From: Eledone cirrhosa | Lineage: Eukaryota | Length of the DNA stretch: 64,000 bases | NCBI GenBank assembly: GCA_964016885.1 | Contig: OZ024740.1 | Coordinates: 139,438,001 to 139,502,000, forward strand | Direction: 5' to 3' | Shown: piece after piece, positions 56,630 to 64,000 of the stretch | Position numbering within the stretch: the stretch's first letter is position 1 | How the letters are laid out: the number at the start of each line of letters is the position of its first letter | Notes under the pieces: generated by a model | Database searches by the model: none | What the model was told of the DNA's origin: nothing | Seen by the model: the letters and a program-made list of their open reading frames with translations, nothing else | Program-made: the position numbers and the translations under genes

Positions 56630-56750
56630 GGAAAGTGTATCTCTTAAGGTATGGATGCAGAAAGAGTTTGTGTGTGGAGATAGATTTCTATCTCCACACA
56701 CAAACTCTTTCTGCATCCCCACCTTAAGAGATACACTTTCCTTACACACA
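56620..56750. repeat. Hairpin element between (TG)n and (CA)n
   Basis: taaggaaagtgtatctcttaaggt...tggagataga / tctatctcca...accttaagagatacactttcctta. Confidence 0.9.
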
Positions 56751-56764
56751 CACACACACACACG

Positions 56765-56839
<75 letters not shown>

Positions 56840-57819
56840 TGATATTGGAGTAGAAGTAGTAGTAACAAAAGAACTCAAAGTTACAAAACAAACAGAGTAG
56901 TTATATTCGGTTTATTGCTTCGTTACAACATGGCTAGATGTTGCAACTCATGTTGCTACTGAGAGGACTGATTATTTAGTATTAGTAAAAACTGTATATA
57001 TAACTCAAAGGAAATTTGAGATGGGGATGAAACAGATTTGAGGAGCAAAATGAGATGAGAACAAAGAAGAATATGAAGAAGAAGAATGACATAAAAAGGA
57101 TCATGGAAAAGGGAAGGGCTGAATGAGAAAACGAGAAGGAAGAAGACGCAATAGAAGGAGAGTGGAAGAAAGAAACTAATCATATATGAAGCAAGAAAGA
57201 TGAGGTAGTGTGAAAAGGATGGCAGGCGATATATGTCTACGATTTTATTTTCGTATTTTTTGTCACATAGATTATTCACATACTTGGAAATTTTCGATGA
57301 GAAAATTTTCACGTTAACCACAGTTACAGAATATCTCAGACATTCTTGTGAGAAATATTGATGGCTGCTTCAAAATCTGGAACTTCTCAGTTTAACAAAG
57401 ACTGGTGTACTCTGTTCCGTTGAAATATAGGGAAGCTCTATTGACAATGTTCCATATTGCTGAAAGATGTTACGATATTTGTCTCTGTGTCTCCAAAAAT
57501 TAGGACAGCTAAGTCATAAAATTACATTATTCAGCGTATCACCACATTATAAAAACTGCATGTTTCTATTTGAGAGGAGATTTGGCTGCTACGTCTAGCA
57601 GGTTAAACCGTTTCACAGCGGCTCCCTGTTGTTGCTTTTATTTTTATTGCTGCTGTTATGGGCACGTCAGGGCGGTGACAAAATTAAGGAAAATGTCGAT
57701 TTCAAACTTTCATGTACATTTATTATTAGCATGACGAAAGGCATGAATGTCACCACCTCCAAAGAAAACCTTTGCAAGTGAGCTGAAGTGACACTGACAT
57801 AACATTTTTCTAACTGATT

Positions 57820-58740
57820 TGCTGCTCATAATGCTGATGACGCGTACGCCGATGCTGCTGTTGATGTTGATGATGATGATGATGATGATGAACAAGATGG
57901 TCCTGGTCATGTTGGTAATATCGACGATGATGATGATGATGACGATAAGAATGAATACGACGACGACGACGACGACGATGATGGTGATGGCGATGATGTA
58001 AATGATCACGATAAGGATAATTACGAGGACGATGAAGATGATGATGATGGTGGTGGTGATGATGATGATCATCGTCATGATGATGGTGGTGATGATGACG
58101 AGGATTATGATAATTATAATGATATAGATGAAGATGGCGATAATCATTATAATGATGACAATAACGATGATGATGATGATGATGATGATGATGACGACGA
58201 CGACGATAATGATGAAGGCTATGATGATGATGGATGTTGTGATTGAAATGGTGATGATGATAATGTAGACATTGTTATGCTGCTCGCTGCTATAATCTGT
58301 AGAAGACAAATATACATTTCAAAGACATGCAATAATCACGTTATCGGTTTAAGGCAGGAAATAGCAATAACAAAATGTGTGCTAGGCTGGGAATAAGGAA
58401 GACATTTTCAAAATTTCTCTCTTTGGGCGTCACCAGGACAATCAACAAAACACAATACCACAAACAACTAAAAACAACAGCACAAACTTTATCTCAAACA
58501 CCACCAACACAAAACCACTACCATAAACAGTACTACTACAAACCCCACCATCGCAAACACTCCAGCCACAAAAACCAACGCCAGCATCGCTGCCGCCATC
58601 ATTGTCATCATCATCATAATTATCACCATCAACATCATTATTACCATAACCAACAGCAACATCATCATCATCATCATCCTTATTACCGTCATCAAAACCA
58701 TAATCATCACAAGCACTATCATTACTACCATCAAAATCAA
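57820..58740. repeat. Degenerate (GAT/GAC)n and (CAT/CAC)n trinucleotide repeats
   Basis: Direct inspection. Confidence 0.9.
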
Positions 58741-58926
58741 ATGAATTACTCTTGTTACTCTGTACGTTCAACGGCTTTTATTAGACAATAATTGACCAAT
58801 GCCGTTATTAATGAAGGCAATAGTGTTGGCATGGAGCTCATATTCGTGTCTGTCAACTCACATCGTTCCAAGCACACACGCACAGGCACAGGTCCAGTTG
58901 CATCCCCTATTCACACACCCCCACAC

Positions 58927-58958
<32 letters not shown>

Positions 58959-58987
58959 CCCACTCTAACACATATGTATACATATGT

Positions 58988-59593
58988 ACAGACTAGCTGG
59001 ACACTCACTGTAAAGTGTCTAGTGAAAAACTCGGTACATGTACATATGTATACATATGTGTATTTATATGCATACTAATACTTCCGTATACATATATAGA
59101 TGTACACTTTAACTTAATTGTTTAAGCGTCAGTCATACAAAAGTGAGTTAGAAGCGAAACGAAATTTAATTTCGTTTCGTTATTCGTTTTTATCGTTTCC
59201 GCTGAACCGGTGCGTACAATGACTCACGTTCTATGCAAATTAGTCTGCCCACTACTGATTTTCATAGAAAAAGCATATAACGATATGTGCTTTTACAATT
59301 CTCCAGAGAAGCCGGAAAGATAGGTATATATTGCTGATGAGATGTAATAACATCGAAACTAGTCCAATATTCCTGTCTGGCTCTCTGGAGAATAGAGGAA
59401 GTGTGTTTCCTTGAAAACTCGTATGACTTTAAAACCCGGTTCGTCTGTTTGTTTACATACAGACTAGCTGGACACTCACTGTAAAGTGTCTAGTGAAAAA
59501 CTCGGTACATGTACATATGTATACATATGTGTATTTATATGCATACTAATACTTCCGTATACATATATAGATGTACACTTTAACTTAATTGTT
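58988..59593 (+). mobile_element. 471-bp unit with ~135-bp terminal direct repeat; diverged homolog of the 420-bp family
   Basis: 58988-59122 equals 59459-59593; shared aatttcgtttc..ttatcgttt..atgcaaattag. Confidence 0.8.
59328..59370 (+). ncRNA. Canonical minimal hammerhead ribozyme
   Basis: ATATTG-CTGATGA-GATGT AATA ACATC-GAAA-CTAG-TC-CAATAT. Confidence 0.9.
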
Positions 59594-59709
59594 ATATCTG
59601 TAATATTGATCCCGCTTTCAAAACTTCTTGCTATAATTTAAACATCTCCCTATTTATTAGTTATTATATGTACATATTTTTTTACTTACTTCAATCAAGA
59701 TTTTAACTT

Positions 59710-59830
59710 GTAATTTTTTTAATTTTTAATTTTTAATTTTTAATTTTTAATTTTTAATTTTTAATTTTTAATTTTTAATTTTTAATTTTTAATTTTTAAT
59801 TTTTAATTTTTAATTTTTAATTTTTAATTT
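59710..59830. repeat. (TTTTTAA)n tandem repeat
   Basis: Direct inspection. Confidence 0.9.
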
Positions 59831-60399
59831 CTAATTCTCAATCATAATTTCCACTGTGAAACCATAATACCTAGAAATAAGTATATATTCTCTTAGCGGG
59901 TGATGGTCAATTCTATTGTCCAAGCTTAATTTAGGGGTAGAATTGGGACATACTGAAACTCATACTCTCCCACCCCCATTAGGTTTCGGCCAACTGCCAC
60001 TGGCAGGGCGACTAGCAGTAAACTATAATCGTATCATATTACAGATTGTTTGGTTGAGAGGGGACCTGCCTAGGCGAGTTTCGTAGAACTTTGGGGGTAG
60101 TTGATGGTCAACTTCTTTCAGACATGCGCCTGCGCAGACCGGTCGGGGTGAATTGGGACTCACAAGGGAACGGGCGAAGGATTCAAGAGCACACGCTTTG
60201 TCCGTTCCCCTGTCGATTCAATTTGGATTGCCTCGGAAACATAACCTTAGTATGTAAGAAACTGTCTGATGATGTCACGGCACTGGGTACACCGAAGCGT
60301 GTGGCCACTGTCGTCATTGAAATATGTATCGCAGCTGTGGTTAGAAAAAGCTATCTCACTTACCGCTTTTCACAGGCGCCGCTAAATTCCACTGCAGGT

Positions 60400-60602
60400 T
60401 ACTCCTCTTCCACGTGCGTCCAACTGCTAAACACCGGGAGCTGCCCAAACTCGCGTCCACACCGTGTGCTGGTCACCACTAGAGAGAGGCCCTCTGCTGG
60501 CCCTTCCGGTCGAGCATCCTTCCGGCCAAAAACCCCTTCCGGTCGAGCACTCCCCCGCCTCCGGTCACCGCACGCCACAACATACCCACACGCCCCCCTG
60601 AT
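60400..60602 (-). repeat. Polypurine tract and start of putative 3' LTR (distal boundary uncertain)
   Basis: Minus strand ATCAGGGGGGCG followed by TGT at 60590. Confidence 0.55.
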
Positions 60603-60718
60603 CTCAAGGATCAATTTCCCCCTCGTCCCTCTGCATATGAAAGTCTGCTGTCCAGGTCGGTGGTCTACGACTTCGTTGCGATCTTCGTAGTATTAGGGCA
60701 GAGCTCTGGGTTTCCACC

Positions 60719-63470
60719 TCATCTTGGGCTTCCTCTTCCTCGGAGTCCGTCGACACTGATTCTTCTTACATCCAGGACATGACGTGGTACCCCGTCCACG
60801 GACACATTATTCTTTGAATTTACGGCCGTCACCGTTCCCCTTCCCCATTGAGATGTGCAACGTGCATCTGGGGGCTTAACCCAGACTTCTTCGCCCACCT
60901 GCACGAATGCACTCTCTCTCCCCACTGGCCGTTGTGGTGGCGTGTACGGGTGCCGCCACTCGTATTTGAATACTGCTCTGTGTGGCACCGATTCCTCGAC
61001 CTGTCCAACCCGAGGGGACATATTGTACCAGAACACTGCCTCCATTGGTGAGATATGGCCCCGCTCCGCCATTGCCTTGATCGTCCGGTGGTGTCGCTGC
61101 ACGATTCCATTCCCGCTCGGCCTGTGCGCCGCTCTGAAGAAACGGTCCTCCTTCCGTCCATCGAGCATCTCCCTCAGTGCCTCCGAGCGGAACGCTGCGC
61201 TGTTGTCCATCAGCAGTTCGTCCACAGGGCCTCGCTCCAAGAACACCTCTCTCAACGTCCGCACGATTTCCTTGGCCGTTCCAGTCTTCATCTCCCTCCA
61301 TATCGCCATTCGACCTGGTCCACAGTCGACCATCAAGAGGTACGTTCCCTGTCGGTAGTGCGTCACATCCACCGCTAATCGCTTCCAGTCGCGATCCACC
61401 GGGAGGCTTCCCGTTTCGTGTACACCCGGGGCGGGATCAATGGACTGACATCGGACGCAGCCTCTAACCACCCCCCGAACACTGTGTCTGCTAACGTCCG
61501 AGTGGATTCTCCTGGCTAGGAACAGGCTCCTATCCACCCCCATGTGGTGCATGTCATGCAACCCCTTCAGGTCTTACTCGGTCAGCCGACACACGGCAGC
61601 TATCTCATCCTCTACCTCCTCCGGCGCTTCCATCCAGGCTTTCTTCACTCTAGTTCAGATGTCCGCCCTATTTTTCTCTGAGGACACGAACACTACGCTC
61701 AGCTTCAGGTCGAACTCGGTGGCCAGCTCTCCTAACGTTCCCAGGCGGCGCTTTATCAGCATCTCCGCCGCGCCTCTCGTTCGCACTCTCTTCTCACTGG
61801 TGAGCACTGATCTTACCCATCCGAGTACAGTAGCCGAGTCGGTGCGTATCCCGATGGTGCGCAGCCCCCACCGCAGGGCGAGGTTCACCCCTCTCAACAC
61901 CACGTCCAGCTCAGCCACATTGATGTGGCTGCAGTCGTCCTTCTTTCTAAGCCAGGCTGCATCCTCGACCTCAACACCTCCTATCTCCAACGTGACACCC
62001 AGCGCTATGCTGCTGGCATCGCACCATACGGTCCCGCTCTGTGATTTGGGAACGTACCAGCGTCCCCGCACTGGGTCGTCGGCCTTCACCCTCCCCACGA
62101 TCTCCTGCATCATGGCCACCGTCCTCTCTCCCACTCTGTCACTCCAAGTCACCCCTCCCGCTCGTCTCTTGACATAGCTGCATGCCGTCCGGAGCCACCC
62201 AGCGATCGGGTAGTGACCCACCAGCTTTCCACACACCGAGAAAAGCTCCCGCCTATTCATACTTGGGCCCAGTTCCGGAACTTCGTTTCCCCTCTGGAAC
62301 ACCAAAACGCCCGTCTTGTCTCGCCGTAGCCTAAGTCCTAGCGCGGCTCCTCCCTCCAATGCTTCTGATGGCTTCGCAGTCAGTCCATACCTCCGCAAAT
62401 GGCTCGTGACCTCCGCCGTCGACACCACCGACTAGCCCACTAGGATGTCGTCAATATAGGAGTTAGTAGCCCTCTTTATCTTGTCGGCCCTCCCCAGAGC
62501 GGTCTTGAGGACCGCCGCCATGATCTTCGGTGCGGAGCTCAGCCCGAAACCGAGCCTGGTCAGGCAATATCTCCGGCCCTTATACCTGACCAGCTGATAC
62601 CGCCAGAGCTTCTCATCTATATGCAACTGCAAGTAAGCCGACTTTAGATCCACGATCGCTGAACCCCCCGTCATGCGTCTCCACTCACGCAGAGTTTCCC
62701 CAGAGACATCCGTGACCTCGCCACCCGTGTGGCATGACACGTGCTCGTTCAGCTCCCGATAGTCCAGCACCGGCCTCACCTTGCTCTTCGTGGGTTGCAC
62801 CACCGCCATCAACGGCAATACTCCGCACTTCACCTCCTCCTTCCAGGGAAGCAGTATGCCCTCTTCGATCCATCTCTCTACTTCTCGCTCGAACACGCTC
62901 CTAGCGTTTCCCTTCAATGTGTGTTGATAGCAGCCCACTTTGGTCTTCAGTGTTGGTGGTTCTCCCTTCCAGTACCACTCAACAACCTATCGCTGCCCAT
63001 CAAACACGGCCTTGAAGTCTTTGTCCTGTACAGTGTAAACGGGGTATTCCTCCTCGTGTGCCTTCTGGTTCTCATGACGTGCACTCACAGCGCATACCGA
63101 TGCAGCGGCGCCAAACGACACACCGACATTGTTCACCGTGACGCCCCCTAGACGGCCAATCGCGTCCATGCCCATAACCACGCCGATCCCATCCACCACA
63201 CTGTCTACCACGATGGCGGAAAGCCTTATCCTCCTTCCCCGTACCGCTAATTCCATCTCGCTGCGACCTCGGCATTCAATTTTCCTGCCGTCGATTGCCC
63301 TTACGCTGCTCTTCCCTCCCCACCTCTGCGCCACCCCCGCGGTCACCAGTGTCGTCGTACAGCCCGTATCCACGAGGGCTCCTTGTGGCTTCCCCCTCAC
63401 GAAGACTTCCACCACGGGCAGCGCCGCTACTCGTAAGGGGCAACTACCGGCGCAGTAGTTCCCCTTGGAT
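60719..63470 (-). pseudogene. pol: Ty3/Gypsy pol (protease-RT-RNase H-integrase) in one frame with four in-frame stops
   Basis: LVDTG, RPVLDYRELN, YIDD, WCDAS..NVAEL, HH..C..C, AVDV..MDN; all four ORF pieces share a frame. Confidence 0.92.
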
Positions 63471-64000
63471 CGTTTCCCTGGTCGCAGTTAGTAGCGATGT
63501 GGCCTGGTCGCTTACACCGGTAGCAAATTATCTCCGGCTTCGACTCTCTACAGTCTCTAGCCATGTGCGGGCCCTGGCACCGAAAACAGTGCCCTCTAAA
63601 CGCACGCGGACGGCCGCGTGCCGAGGTTGCCTCCCTTTCACCATTTCGCTGCCAGGTGTCCTGAGCCTCCGTAGTCGCTATCGCCGCAACACTCTTTTTG
63701 GCATCTTCCGCTATGATCCGGGCTTGATCCACCAGTGAACGCATTTCCATCTCTTTATAACCCGGGACTTGCTGCAGTTTCACCGCTATTTCGTCCGGAA
63801 ATCCATTGATGAACGCCAACCGCACCGTACGTTCGCATTCCGCCTGGTAACCGGCCAGCATAGCCAACCGGCGTATTTCCGCTGCGAAAATGTCGACGCG
63901 CTCACCATTCCACCTGATTCTCGCCAGCTTAGCAAAAGCCGCCAACGGTCCCTCGGCGAATGCATCCATCAGACGCCTCTCAATCTTCTGCACATCTCTT
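63427..64000 (-). CDS. gag: Gypsy gag C-terminal part with two CCHC zinc knuckles; continues beyond the window
   Basis: CFRCQGPHMARDC and CYRCKRPGHIATNC. Confidence 0.9.
   Translation of the reverse strand, partial: RDVQKIERRLMDAFAEGPLAAFAKLARIRWNGERVDIFAAEIRRLAMLAGYQAECERTVRLAFINGFPDEIAVKLQQVPGYKEMEMRSLVDQARIIAEDAKKSVAAIATTEAQDTWQRNGEREATSARGRPRAFRGHCFRCQGPHMARDCRESKPEIICYRCKRPGHIATNCDQGNDPRGTTAPVVAPYE
63435..63478 (-). promoter_or_regulatory. -1 programmed ribosomal frameshift signal
   Basis: G GGA AAC in gag frame, 5-nt spacer, hairpin AAGGGGAACTAC/GTAGTTGCCCCTT; pol is in the -1 frame. Confidence 0.8.

Noticed and set aside
60091-60400. 199-aa plus-strand ORF and minus-strand RFGVPS integrase-like peptide
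   Set aside because: The ORF overlaps the LTR region antisense with no domain; the peptide match is too short to support a call
60719-63415. Stop-codon readthrough or selenocysteine recoding in pol
   Set aside because: Stops are of three different types and look like ordinary point mutations

Overview
AT-rich, microsatellite-dense eukaryotic intergenic/intronic DNA. The tRNA-SINE and repeat make-up suggests a cephalopod, probably Octopus (inference). No host gene is confidently identifiable, and most ORFs in the track are microsatellite translations. Coding remnants are all mobile: several Penelope-like elements (PLEs; RT and/or C-terminal GIY-YIG), a Ty3/Gypsy element with a -1 frameshift signal, Chapaev3-like and Tc1/mariner-like transposase relics, plus SINEs. 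The main unannotated signal is about 30 type-I hammerhead ribozyme (HHR) motifs, found by eye on both strands (about 25 with intact or compensated cores). They lie in PLE 3' ends and in many short non-coding elements inserted in (TA)n tracts. These include tandem or circularly permuted 420-555 bp retrozyme-like units, fold-back elements with opposing ribozymes, U3-A8 core variants and very long stem II insertions. Inverted duplications of flanking DNA centred on (TA)n also recur. Folds were assigned manually and no activity was tested.
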